A DNA stretch of 64,000 nucleotides from a virus: positions 97,728 to 161,727 of IMG/VR virus record IMGVR_UViG_3300030419_007010. The stretch is one strand, 5' to 3'. The position numbers and the translations under genes are program-made. The number at the start of each line of letters is the position of its first letter. Position 1 is the stretch's first letter. The notes below the pieces were generated by a model that was not told where the DNA came from, did not search any database, and saw only the letters and a list, made by a program, of their open reading frames with translations. Shown in pieces: positions 11,016 through 20,988 of this stretch.

Positions 11016-11803
11016 TCATTAACTCGCTTCTTCCACAAGATAGTTTCAGGATTTGATGTAAAATCTCTAAGAAGCCCTCTTCCTAAATGAGAGAAGACTG
11101 GTACGCCGTCGAGATGATGTTCTTCTCCTCTCATATCTTCAGTCATAAACTTAATCTTTGATTTATCTATTCTGGGACTTATCAATGGTAGGCCAATCCC
11201 AGAATATTCAGACTCATGTAAGCTAGTTGGTATTTTACAAGAGGTATCTAAAAATATCTCGTCCCCAGGGGATCGGCCATAAATCTTACAATTATCTTCT
11301 GTAATTGAGATATGACAGTTTTCTGGTTTCCAACACAGTCCTGTTTCCTTAAGCTTGTCCACTAGAAAAAGGGCCATAATACAGTTTGGATTATTCATAA
11401 ATTTATTTTGATCCACACCATACTCAGTGCCAACTATTATTGTCTTCTCATCTAACAAAGATATTAATTTTTCATCCCACCCTTTACACAAAAACGCAGT
11501 GTCACAATCTAACATCATGCCGTATTTTGAATTCATTTCATCAAATATAGAATTTAAACATGTACCATGGCCAGTTCCAGTTCCTGCGCCAAATGTTAAA
11601 TTATCAAGAATAACAAACTTTTTTTTATGCTTCGTATCGATATTATCCAAAAAAGTAATATCTACTCCGGCTTGATTTATCCCAAAAATAAATTCAATAT
11701 CATAATTTCCACTAGCCGTTCTCTCTATAGAAGAAATTAAAAACTCAACAAATAACTCTGAGTTTCGGCCACACGGGATCCCAATTTGTAAAAGTTCTTT
11801 CAT
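10997..11803 (-). CDS. putative GT-A glycosyltransferase
   Basis: GTGHGTCLN, MMLDCD (DxD), GWD; operon context. Confidence 0.6.
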   Translation of the reverse strand: MKELLQIGIPCGRNSELFVEFLISSIERTASGNYDIEFIFGINQAGVDITFLDNIDTKHKKKFVILDNLTFGAGTGTGHGTCLNSIFDEMNSKYGMMLDCDTAFLCKGWDEKLISLLDEKTIIVGTEYGVDQNKFMNNPNCIMALFLVDKLKETGLCWKPENCHISITEDNCKIYGRSPGDEIFLDTSCKIPTSLHESEYSGIGLPLISPRIDKSKIKFMTEDMRGEEHHLDGVPVFSHLGRGLLRDFTSNPETILWKKRVNEWLKNL

Positions 11804-11816
11804 TAATTTTCCTCAA

Positions 11817-12905
11817 TTAATATGCATTAACCACATTAACAATCTTTTCTCTATCCTCGCTAGAAAGCCACCATCCAACAGGTATATTCATAAGCTTACT
11901 TTCAAATTCTTCAAGTCCTTTTAAGCTGTTATCTTTATACTTTTTGAAAACGCTATAGAAATCATTTCTCTTGTGGACAACATCCGTTGCAATACCATTA
12001 TCAAACATATATTTTTTAAATCTTTCGCGATCTTCTACAAGAACAGAATATATCCAGTACGAACTCTCGCTTTTAGATGATTGAGTAAGCTTTTTAACTT
12101 TCTTATTTGAAATATTTTGGTCAAAGAATTTACCATTAGAAATATGGCTATTGATAATAAAATCTACATATTTTAATTGTTCCAAACCTATTACTGCATT
12201 AATATTATTCATGTGCATTTTATATCCACATTCTGTAATATCTTGTTCCCATCTAGATCCGCCGGTAAACTTTCTATCTAGCCCAAACCATCTCAACTTC
12301 CTAACTCTTTCGTTGTCCGATTCTTTTAAACACGCAATTGCGCCGCCGTCGACGGTTGTCATATGTTTGATGGCTTGAAAAGAAAAGCAGACAAAATCAC
12401 TATGTGAACCTATTTTTTTATTATTATAGCTAGCACCTAAAGCATGCGCTGCGTCTTCAACTACTTTTATATTATTTTCTTTGGCTATAGAAGATATAGA
12501 ATCTATATCAAACGGTTGGCCGGCCCAGTGGACACCAACTATTAATTTTGTTTTTGAAGTAATTTTCTTTTTAACGCTTTCCGGATCTATATTTCCGGTA
12601 GCAGGGTCTATATCCGCAAAAACTAATTTAGCACCAGTTTGAAACAGAGGCTCGTTTGTAGCCATACAAGTCATAGCTGTTGTAATCACTTCATCTTCAG
12701 GTTTTAGATCGCAGGTATGATATGCCAAAGTTAAAGCAGAAGTACAGCTATTAACTAGAGATGTATTATTATTCTCAATATAAGAAGAAAACTCTGTTTC
12801 GAACTTATCAGAATATTCTCCCTCGGTTATAAATCCTGTTTTAAAAACCTCTTCTATTTTATACCCTATGTTGTCTGGGCAATGAACTTTAAAAAGTGGT
12901 ATCAT
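11817..12905 (-). CDS. DegT/DnrJ/EryC1/StrS PLP-dependent sugar aminotransferase
   Basis: VNSCTSAL, VEDAAHALG, FSFQAIKHMTTVDGG; start at MIPLFKV overlaps upstream stop (ATGA). Confidence 0.95.
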   Translation of the reverse strand: MIPLFKVHCPDNIGYKIEEVFKTGFITEGEYSDKFETEFSSYIENNNTSLVNSCTSALTLAYHTCDLKPEDEVITTAMTCMATNEPLFQTGAKLVFADIDPATGNIDPESVKKKITSKTKLIVGVHWAGQPFDIDSISSIAKENNIKVVEDAAHALGASYNNKKIGSHSDFVCFSFQAIKHMTTVDGGAIACLKESDNERVRKLRWFGLDRKFTGGSRWEQDITECGYKMHMNNINAVIGLEQLKYVDFIINSHISNGKFFDQNISNKKVKKLTQSSKSESSYWIYSVLVEDRERFKKYMFDNGIATDVVHKRNDFYSVFKKYKDNSLKGLEEFESKLMNIPVGWWLSSEDREKIVNVVNAY

Positions 12906-13915
12906 TCTTCCTCTAACCATTCTGGATTTTGGACAGTCCACTCAACCGTGGTTTTCAACGAGTCTTCAAAATTAATAGGTAATTCCCAGCCTAACGAACT
13001 CATCTTTTCCCCGCATAAAGAATATCTAAGATCGTGCCCAGGCCGGGAACTATGAAAATCTACCATTTCATAGTTTAAAGGTTTGCCTATTACATCTGCA
13101 ATATAGCTAGCTAATTGTAGATTATCTACTTCTTTTTCTCCAACAATATTGTATTTCTCTCCAATTTCTCCCTTCTCTAGAAGAAAAAGAATAGCTGCAG
13201 CTATATTTCTAGCATGAATATAAAATCTACTTCCAGCTCGTTTCTTGTCCGGATAGGAATGAATATAAACTTTATTGCCATTCAATACATTTTTAATTGT
13301 TTTAGGAATAAATTTTTCTACATGTTGCCTTCCACCAAAAGCATTCATTACATTTATACTCATTAGTGGTATCTTATACGTGTTTTCATAAGCAATACAA
13401 ATATTTTCAGCGGCCGATTTACTAGCTGAATACGGATTAGTTGGCTTATGTCTATCCCATTCTTTATAAGCAAGATTATCCGGAGCGGAGCCGTAAACTT
13501 CGTCAGTACTAAAATAAAAGAACATTTCCAAATCTTTTAGTTCTCTAGCATATTCTAGCATCTCAACGGTACCGTCAATGTTGTTATGAAAGAACTTACG
13601 AGGTTCTGAAATACTATTGTCCACATGAGATTCTGCAGCCATATGAATAATAAGATTAACATCCTCTCCGATTTCTTTTTTGAGGCCTACAGTAATTGGT
13701 AAGGTAATATCAACAGGAAATACCTTCACTCGTGGATGAGGATAAGACCCGTTAGACTTTAGTCTCTCTAAACCGTAGCTCGCATAGCTAAGTTTATCTA
13801 AAATAATAATATCCCAGTTGGTTTTTCGCAAGAAATGTTCTACAACATGATGTCCTATAAATCCTGCACCGCCGGTAATTACTACTTTTTTCTTATCATA
13901 ATTATATGTTTTCAT
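12902..13915 (-). CDS. rfbB: dTDP-glucose 4,6-dehydratase-like SDR
   Basis: TGGAGFIG, HMAAESHVDNSI, STDEVYG, PYSASK, RPGHDLRY. Confidence 0.93.
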   Translation of the reverse strand: MKTYNYDKKKVVITGGAGFIGHHVVEHFLRKTNWDIIILDKLSYASYGLERLKSNGSYPHPRVKVFPVDITLPITVGLKKEIGEDVNLIIHMAAESHVDNSISEPRKFFHNNIDGTVEMLEYARELKDLEMFFYFSTDEVYGSAPDNLAYKEWDRHKPTNPYSASKSAAENICIAYENTYKIPLMSINVMNAFGGRQHVEKFIPKTIKNVLNGNKVYIHSYPDKKRAGSRFYIHARNIAAAILFLLEKGEIGEKYNIVGEKEVDNLQLASYIADVIGKPLNYEMVDFHSSRPGHDLRYSLCGEKMSSLGWELPINFEDSLKTTVEWTVQNPEWLEEE

Positions 13916-14520
13916 TCTTTCCTCTTTTTAGCCACAATCAAAATGTACAATTGCGGTAAGTCTTCCCATAAGGTTCTTATACTATAAAGTATATCAAAGT
14001 TTTTGTTAATTGATTTTAGTTCCAATACGTTAGGAACTTCCTGCATAATAGCTTTGTATACGTCGTGGTAGCCAAACTTTTTTACTCTATCACAAAAGAT
14101 CTTGTATTGTTCGTTTTCTAGGAAAGAATCATCCCAAACAGCTGACCAGAGAAAATTATCGTCTTTATACGCGTATTCTTGCTCTCCGTCTTTAACCCAG
14201 CCTATCTTATAGTTTTTAAATCTCCAGTGATCGCCGAGTCCCCAATCAGCATATAATATTCCATCATCATTTAAATGCTCATGACATTTTCTTATAAACT
14301 GTTCAGGATCTCTAGCAAAATAAGGGCACCTCAAAGATATGATTGTGTCATAAGTACCGTCTAAAGACCAATCATCATTTATATCCCAATTGCCGATTTG
14401 TAAATCGTACAAATCTCCTGGAAAAACATTATTGTTTTGGAACCCTAATAGAGCTACTCTTCCCTTTGGCACAATCGTTTGTCTGTACCAAGGATTTAAT
14501 ATCCCGTCTGATTTACCCAT
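13912..14520 (-). CDS. putative methyltransferase-like protein
   Basis: YDTIISLRCPYF...HLNDDGILY resembles SAM-MTase motifs IV-VI. Confidence 0.5.
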   Translation of the reverse strand: MGKSDGILNPWYRQTIVPKGRVALLGFQNNNVFPGDLYDLQIGNWDINDDWSLDGTYDTIISLRCPYFARDPEQFIRKCHEHLNDDGILYADWGLGDHWRFKNYKIGWVKDGEQEYAYKDDNFLWSAVWDDSFLENEQYKIFCDRVKKFGYHDVYKAIMQEVPNVLELKSINKNFDILYSIRTLWEDLPQLYILIVAKKRKE

Positions 14521-14565
14521 TACCTCTTCTCAAACTCAACTATTAAATGCAATTGCTTAATTATA

Positions 14566-15054
14566 TTATTCTTTTTTCATTTTAATAGAAAACACTTTTT
14601 TGCCATTTCTTTCTATCATATTTTTTTCAATTTCATAAAAACCTAGGTTTTTGTAGAGGTTTATTGCCCGGTGATTAAATTCTAAAACTTCCAAAAGAAT
14701 ATTTTCATAATTTAGTTTTTCTAATTCTTTTAAAACACTCTTGTAAGCTTTCATCGCGTAACCCTTACCTCTGTAATTTTTGTTAATGTCGGCGCCGATG
14801 TAAAGTGAGTCTTTAGTTACGTTGCTAAATCTAAAATACCCGATTTTTTCTTTATTTTTTTCAATTATAAAATGAAAAGTAGATTGATTTAAATCAAACC
14901 ATCTTCTACACTCTTCAATTGTATGTGTAGATATATCGTGTAACCATTTAGAAACTTCATTTCTTGTTTTATTAAAAAAATCCAGGTCTTCGTATTTCAT
15001 TTTGTAAAAATTAAAATCTTTGCATTTAAAGTCTTTTAGTCTTATCTCGTTCAT
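14566..15054 (-). CDS. GNAT acetyltransferase (PseH/RimJ-like)
   Basis: YRGKGYA and LEVLEFNHRAINLYKNLGF. Confidence 0.88.
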   Translation of the reverse strand: MNEIRLKDFKCKDFNFYKMKYEDLDFFNKTRNEVSKWLHDISTHTIEECRRWFDLNQSTFHFIIEKNKEKIGYFRFSNVTKDSLYIGADINKNYRGKGYAMKAYKSVLKELEKLNYENILLEVLEFNHRAINLYKNLGFYEIEKNMIERNGKKVFSIKMKKE

Positions 15055-15085
15055 ATATTATATACATAGAATCCGGAATCGCCCA

Positions 15086-15784
15086 TTAGATTAAATCCTC
15101 CATAAAACAGAATTCTATGTTATCAATATTATCCTCTAAGAAAGATTCAAGCTTTTCTTTGTGTTTAATATTCAAATAATTACGATCCCACTCGCATGCG
15201 TGATAAACAATTTCTGTTTTTTCAAATAAATTTAATGGTTTGAGAGGAGGATTAACATTATAATAAACTACGTTATCAATCTGCTTATCATATCCCTGAT
15301 ATATATCATCTTCAGTTAGGGCTAACACCTCTATTCCAGAAGCTTTTGCAGCGCGCAAAGCATCCGGAGACATCTTCCAGGCAGGAGGTCTAAACACGGG
15401 CTTAAATAGCTCTGAGAGGTTAGCAGCGTCAGCAACTTTATACATCTCTTCAAATAGTTTCATTGCCTGTTCATAATTTAAATTCTTGAATTCATCATTA
15501 TTTGAGACACCTGGAATTCCATGAAGATACCCGTGATATCCAATTTCAAAATTTTCCTTCGGAAGTGCTTTTAAGAGTTCGCAAAATTCAGGAAAAATAT
15601 CCAACCTTAATGGACCCTTTGTTGATGTTGGTCCCACTGTCCTCCAATAAGAAATAGGAACAAATAACGTGAACTTTATATCTGGAAAAATAATCATTAA
15701 TTCAAAACATCTTTCCAAAACATTTGCTGATGAATGGGGATGTGGTGAAACGTCGTCGATGCTTATATTTACTTTATATTGCAT
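15086..15784 (-). CDS. polysaccharide deacetylase family (NodB-like)
   Basis: ISIDDV, EIGYHGYLH, FRPPAW. Confidence 0.8.
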   Translation of the reverse strand: MQYKVNISIDDVSPHPHSSANVLERCFELMIIFPDIKFTLFVPISYWRTVGPTSTKGPLRLDIFPEFCELLKALPKENFEIGYHGYLHGIPGVSNNDEFKNLNYEQAMKLFEEMYKVADAANLSELFKPVFRPPAWKMSPDALRAAKASGIEVLALTEDDIYQGYDKQIDNVVYYNVNPPLKPLNLFEKTEIVYHACEWDRNYLNIKHKEKLESFLEDNIDNIEFCFMEDLI

Positions 15785-16680
15785 ATTATCTCTACGTATT
15801 TATCAACAACTTTGTCGATAGCATCATCATATTGTAAAGCTTTGTTTTTATAAAAATCATAATTTTCACACACGGCTTCGATAGAAGCTATCATATCAGC
15901 TGGATTGTCAAAACTTAAACCATACTTATTACAATAATTGTCAACGCTTCCGCCGTTTTTATGATATACAACGGGTAATCCAGCAGCCAGCCCCTCTAAC
16001 ACATGATTAGCTCCAGCTTCCTCCTCTGAAGCTGTAAAATATACACTATTTTCTGATAATATTTTTGCTATTTTGTCGTTATCGCCAGTTGCTTCAATAT
16101 ACCTAGTATTAGTAAAGCCTATGTTATTTGGTAATCTTCCAATATATGTAAATGAGTACTTATTGTTTGCGCCAACATACTGATCTAAAAGCTTATAAAA
16201 ATGAAATCCTTTTTTAGGATTTGTAGACCAATGATGTGTAATAATATTATAAGATTGACTATCGTTGTTTCTATATTTATAGAATTCTTTTAAAGGAGCA
16301 TTGTGAATGATCTCACAGTTATCCTTAGAAAATTCTATTTTTTGTTTTGACCACTCACTAGGAAATATTAAAAAATCAGATATATTACTAGTTTTCTTTA
16401 CTAAATCAAATAACTCTGGTTTTCCATGTGTGCCAACATCTCCAATTCTTTGAATAATTTTAGACTTAAACAAGATTCTATGATTTAAAAAATGTTGATA
16501 CCATTCGCCATGTTGGTTGGGTCGCGGGTCCTGACAATATATTACATCAATATCTTCGTCAAATAACCTATAAACAACCTCATGCCCTAAATCTTTTAAT
16601 CTATCGGACAAGTTACAAATTATCTTATTACCACCGCCCCACGGACCAGTAACCGGCTCTCTATTAATATAGATTTTCAT
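15769..16680 (-). CDS. GT-B glycosyltransferase (GT4-like)
   Basis: WGGG, KKGF, EAGANHVLEGLAAGLPVV (Ex7E). Confidence 0.85.
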   Translation of the reverse strand: MKIYINREPVTGPWGGGNKIICNLSDRLKDLGHEVVYRLFDEDIDVIYCQDPRPNQHGEWYQHFLNHRILFKSKIIQRIGDVGTHGKPELFDLVKKTSNISDFLIFPSEWSKQKIEFSKDNCEIIHNAPLKEFYKYRNNDSQSYNIITHHWSTNPKKGFHFYKLLDQYVGANNKYSFTYIGRLPNNIGFTNTRYIEATGDNDKIAKILSENSVYFTASEEEAGANHVLEGLAAGLPVVYHKNGGSVDNYCNKYGLSFDNPADMIASIEAVCENYDFYKNKALQYDDAIDKVVDKYVEIICNIK

Positions 16681-17623
16681 CTTTGTACCATTTTATACAT
16701 TTTAGTATTCCATCAGATAACGATACATATTTGTGTTCTGGTATGTATGTCTTCAGCAAAGATAAATCTGGCTGTCGTCTTAGTGTGTCAAAATCACGAG
16801 AAGGAAGGTGAACTGGCGTAAACTCTTTTTCTTGGTTACTCAAATCGTGTATAGTTTTTGCTAAATCAATCATACTAATGAGGTTGTCATTACCTAGATT
16901 TACCACCTCGTTGGTGGCTAGATCTGCCAGCTTAACCGTTAAATCAACATGATCATCTATATAACAGAAACACCGAGTTTGTAAGCCATCTCCTATTATA
17001 GTAAAGTCTTCAGAATTATTAACTTTTCTTATAAATTCAGGTATTACTTGACCATACTCGGTATTATCCATCCTAGTACCGTAAGTATTAAAAATTCTTA
17101 ATATTAAGAAATCTAGATTATTCTGCTTCGCGAACATCTTAACATAAAAATCTCCAATTACTTTAGAAGACGAATAGCTGTCTCGATCTGTAAAGATATT
17201 TAATAGTATATGTTCTCTTTCTGAAGTAGGTAAAGGAGGGTTATTACCATAAGCTTCTGAAGTCGACGCATAAACAATTTTCTTAATACTTGAGCCTTTT
17301 ATGGCCTGCAGCATATTTTGTGTTATTAAGATGTTGTTGTTAAAAACATCGTGCGGGATATCATAAAAATACTTCGTGCCATTAATAGCCGCATAATGAT
17401 ACAGGATATCCGGATTATGTCGAGCAACTATTTGTTTTATCTGCTCGACATTCTCTGTTAAGTCTAATTCATAAAAAGAAAAATTATCATGATTTGGTAA
17501 ATTCTCTTTCTTTCCGCGAAAAAAGTTATCAATTCCAATAACTTTATAGCCAATAGATAACAACTTATCAGTTAAGTGGCTTCCTATAAAACCAGCAGCA
17601 CCTGTTACTAAAGCAGTTTTCAT
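16664..17623 (-). CDS. NAD-dependent epimerase/dehydratase (UDP-glucuronate decarboxylase-like)
   Basis: TGAAGFIGS, ASTSEAYG, YSSSK, RIFNTYG, GDGLQTRCFCY. Confidence 0.92.
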   Translation of the reverse strand: MKTALVTGAAGFIGSHLTDKLLSIGYKVIGIDNFFRGKKENLPNHDNFSFYELDLTENVEQIKQIVARHNPDILYHYAAINGTKYFYDIPHDVFNNNILITQNMLQAIKGSSIKKIVYASTSEAYGNNPPLPTSEREHILLNIFTDRDSYSSSKVIGDFYVKMFAKQNNLDFLILRIFNTYGTRMDNTEYGQVIPEFIRKVNNSEDFTIIGDGLQTRCFCYIDDHVDLTVKLADLATNEVVNLGNDNLISMIDLAKTIHDLSNQEKEFTPVHLPSRDFDTLRRQPDLSLLKTYIPEHKYVSLSDGILKCIKWYKDENLY

Positions 17624-18414
17624 TATTCATCTCTCATACCATCAAAAACAGTAATCTTATATTTTGAATTTTCTTTTAATAAACAATCAAAAAACTCAAC
17701 GTTAGTATTCTTTGCTAAAAATGCCATGGCTCTAGTATCTTTAGGAAGACACATACCACCGAAACCACGTAGATCAGAATTACAATCTAAATATTTTCCG
17801 TTTATTTGATTTCTAAGAGTCATAGTATTTTTAATTTTTGTATAATCAGCGTCTTGTTTTTCACACAACTCATAGAAACTATTAGCAAAAGTAACCAAAG
17901 TTGCGTTATAAACATTATTATAATATTTACAAAATTCTGCTTCTGTTACCGAAAGCTTTACAAAATTTTCAGGCAAAGAACCGTGAGCTTTTTTAATCAA
18001 TTCATAATTTGAATCTGTATTTGCTCCTATTACACAAAGATCATGGTTATTAACAAAATCCTCATACGCACATCGTTCTCTTAAAAATTCTGGAACAAAA
18101 CAAATATTCTTATTTTTAAATCTTTCTTGGAGCTTTTTAGTAGTTCCAGGAGCTACTGTAGACTTAATACAAATTAAACCTGAGTAGTTAAGCTCTAGTA
18201 GATGAGAAATTACCTCTTCTACAATGCTAGTGTCGCACTCTCCTGTCTCTTTTGACGGTGTAGGTACACATAAAAAACATATTTCAGTATGTAATACATC
18301 CTCGATCTTTGTGTCCATCCTAATATCATGTGCTATTACTTCATGTTTCAGATCTAACAAGCCCTTATATACAGCTTCACCTACTACTCCTACTCCGATG
18401 ACTCCTATCTTCAT
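17623..18414 (-). CDS. UDP-glucose/GDP-mannose dehydrogenase family, short form
   Basis: GVIGVGVVG, CVPTP, KSTVAPGTT, PEFLRE, GFGGMCLPKD; 263 aa, lacks C-terminal domain. Confidence 0.9.
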   Translation of the reverse strand: MKIGVIGVGVVGEAVYKGLLDLKHEVIAHDIRMDTKIEDVLHTEICFLCVPTPSKETGECDTSIVEEVISHLLELNYSGLICIKSTVAPGTTKKLQERFKNKNICFVPEFLRERCAYEDFVNNHDLCVIGANTDSNYELIKKAHGSLPENFVKLSVTEAEFCKYYNNVYNATLVTFANSFYELCEKQDADYTKIKNTMTLRNQINGKYLDCNSDLRGFGGMCLPKDTRAMAFLAKNTNVEFFDCLLKENSKYKITVFDGMRDE

Positions 18415-19316
18415 TATAACCTCTTAAAAAAATCTAAATATTTTTCAATATGTGTATCTAATTTAAACTGTTGGATATTATTAAAATTCTCTTCAACGTC
18501 TTCTTCAGTGGGAAAATAAATTTCTTTTTCTACATCAATAATACAATTGTCATTTAACGTTTGGCTAGCCATCCCCATATCAGTTGAAATAATTGGAACC
18601 TTCATTGCTGGCGCTTCTAGAAGAGATTGTGGGCCGCCTTCGTAACGAGAAGAAACCAAATATAAATCGCACGCTGCGTACATCTTTTGTACATCTTCCA
18701 GAGGAACCATTTCTTTATATGTATATTTTATTCCAGCTTGTTCTAACCGAGATATAACGTATTGTCTGCGCCAGCCGCCTAATAAAATATGCAAATTATC
18801 TTTTTCTAATTTCTCTACATAATCACAAAATAAATCAGGCCCCTTTTCAAGTTTAGGTGTCTTAAGATCAAAACCCTCTGTATCTCTCTGGAAAGAGCCG
18901 ATTATATAATCGTCTTTCGGCAAGCCAAGATATTGACGACAGCCTTGTTTATTAAGCTCATACCAGCATTTTTCATTATACCAATATCCTATTACTGTAA
19001 TAGGTTTATTAGTGTGTTCCTTAATGAAATTTTTTGTTTGTTCACAGGGAACATGATAATGATCAACAAACTGATCTCTTATTAAAAAATCTTGTTTGTT
19101 AAATTTATTTGGAGTAACATGATGAACAGTAAGAACTACTTTTTTTGACATTAGTAAATTAGTATTAATCTTTTGCCACGAATATCCATCTATTAACCAT
19201 ATAATATCGCTTTCTAATATATTAGTTGTAGAATATTCTTGTTTTTTAAGATACCATTCCTGTGATATTCTATCTAAAATCCAGTTTTCTCCTGGGGCTG
19301 TTGCAAATACTTTCAT
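18414..19316 (-). CDS. GT4-like glycosyltransferase
   Basis: EKGPD, SRYEGGPQSLLE. Confidence 0.88.
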   Translation of the reverse strand: MKVFATAPGENWILDRISQEWYLKKQEYSTTNILESDIIWLIDGYSWQKINTNLLMSKKVVLTVHHVTPNKFNKQDFLIRDQFVDHYHVPCEQTKNFIKEHTNKPITVIGYWYNEKCWYELNKQGCRQYLGLPKDDYIIGSFQRDTEGFDLKTPKLEKGPDLFCDYVEKLEKDNLHILLGGWRRQYVISRLEQAGIKYTYKEMVPLEDVQKMYAACDLYLVSSRYEGGPQSLLEAPAMKVPIISTDMGMASQTLNDNCIIDVEKEIYFPTEEDVEENFNNIQQFKLDTHIEKYLDFFKRL

Positions 19317-20269
19317 ATAATTTCTTCTACAATCCTCACAAAATCATCAGCATATCTTTCTTGTGTGTAATATTGAGCATATTGTAAGCCTTTTTCTACT
19401 AGCTTAAGTCTCTCTTCTTCATTATCAATATAAAATGATAACTTTGAAATTATTTCATCGTCAGACATATCCATATTAATATCAATAACAAAATCTTTAA
19501 ACAATAGCTGCTCTTCTCCAGGAATATCTGCTGCTATAGCGCTAGCACACATAGGTATCTCAATATATTTACCAAATCGAGATTTTGGTTGCCCACTACA
19601 TGTAACACATATTTTGGCAGAATTTAATGTTTGGGCATATTCAAAACTATTTCTATCTGACGCTGCGTCATGTAAAAGGCCACCAGGGTGTTGTAAAATC
19701 CCGCACCTATACTTTTGTGACATCTTGGGCAAAATGCTAGTCGCCAATCTTATTCTCAACGGATAATGGTCACCTAAAATCGATTTAGTGTGGACGGCTC
19801 CGGCTAATAAGATATCATATTTCTTTGGAAGCTGGTAATCTTTATAAATCATCTTTTCTGCACAATGTGGAATATTGACAAATTTTATATCTGTACCTTT
19901 ATATAATTCTTCATACTGTTCCATATCATTAAGATGATGACAAATAACTAATTGTGCGCCGGACTCATCAATTTCTTTTTTTGTCCACGGTACATCAAAC
20001 ATCTCGTTATAGCGAACACATTTAAGCGGCTTTGCTTTCGAAAACTCTTTTAATTCTAAAGGCTTAAAAGCTACAACTATATCCGGTTGTTCATCACCAT
20101 ATATATTATCTATATTCTCCTGCACAGTCTTCGAATCATCATAGTTGGACCAACCCAGGCCGGACCAAGTTAGTTCTGCCAGTTTACCAATTGCTCGCAT
20201 ACCATGAAATCTAACACGAGACATCTTTGTGTCGTGAGATTTTTTATTACAAAGATAAAGAACTTTCAC
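19313..20269 (-). CDS. GT-B glycosyltransferase (CgeB/Glyco_trans_1_2-like)
   Basis: KYDILLAG, YPLR, YAQTLNSAKICV, KYIEIP. Confidence 0.75.
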   Translation of the reverse strand: MKVLYLCNKKSHDTKMSRVRFHGMRAIGKLAELTWSGLGWSNYDDSKTVQENIDNIYGDEQPDIVVAFKPLELKEFSKAKPLKCVRYNEMFDVPWTKKEIDESGAQLVICHHLNDMEQYEELYKGTDIKFVNIPHCAEKMIYKDYQLPKKYDILLAGAVHTKSILGDHYPLRIRLATSILPKMSQKYRCGILQHPGGLLHDAASDRNSFEYAQTLNSAKICVTCSGQPKSRFGKYIEIPMCASAIAADIPGEEQLLFKDFVIDINMDMSDDEIISKLSFYIDNEEERLKLVEKGLQYAQYYTQERYADDFVRIVEEII

Positions 20270-20988
20270 AGAAACTTTCTCTTAAGCTGCTCATATAAAC
20301 ATTCTGGATCATATGAAGCATTCTTATCTTGTTCTGCTCGTCTCCACATCTCGTTCCAAAGATGAATACCATATACCCCATCGTCAAAATTAAAATTGAC
20401 TTCAGGATTTAAAAAGATATTCCATAGCGCGCCAGGAATTGGACAAAAAGCAGTGAAGTGTTTTACGAAAGGTTGTAGCTGGAACGTCTCAACAGATGAT
20501 TTTACAAGCCTAGGCCCAATCTCTCCCCATACTAGCTTTTCTTTTTCTTTCGACATACAAATATCAAAAGCTCTTTTTGTTACTGGATTTCCTTTAGGTG
20601 CTTTTATAACGCCGGCGTTAATATGCTGGTTCTCTTCTCCAAATGGCATAACTTCTTCAGAGGAAAAAACATACGCATCCGGAAAATCAAAGTGCTTCAA
20701 ACACACCTGATCTGTATCAACCCAATAACCACCCTTCTCATAAAGAAGCTTATATCTAAAATAGTTAGAAAATCCAGAATAGCTTTTGTGCTCGCGATAA
20801 ACAAATATCATATCTCTAGAAAGGATGTCATTACCATCTTTTACTTGTACGCCTTGTGGAACGTTTTTCACATCTCCATAAGTATACAAGTGAACTTCGT
20901 GCCCGTTCTTCACAAAAGAAGACAAACACAGTTGTTCCATTACAGATAGCTCTTTGCCTATCCAAAGAGATTGTATAATATTTGACAT
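20266..20988 (-). CDS. DXD glycosyltransferase (GT32/alpha-1,4-glycosyltransferase-like)
   Basis: IQSLWIG, SNYFRYKLLYEKGGYWVDTD, WGEIGP, IHLWNEMWR. Confidence 0.88.
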   Translation of the reverse strand: MSNIIQSLWIGKELSVMEQLCLSSFVKNGHEVHLYTYGDVKNVPQGVQVKDGNDILSRDMIFVYREHKSYSGFSNYFRYKLLYEKGGYWVDTDQVCLKHFDFPDAYVFSSEEVMPFGEENQHINAGVIKAPKGNPVTKRAFDICMSKEKEKLVWGEIGPRLVKSSVETFQLQPFVKHFTAFCPIPGALWNIFLNPEVNFNFDDGVYGIHLWNEMWRRAEQDKNASYDPECLYEQLKRKFL

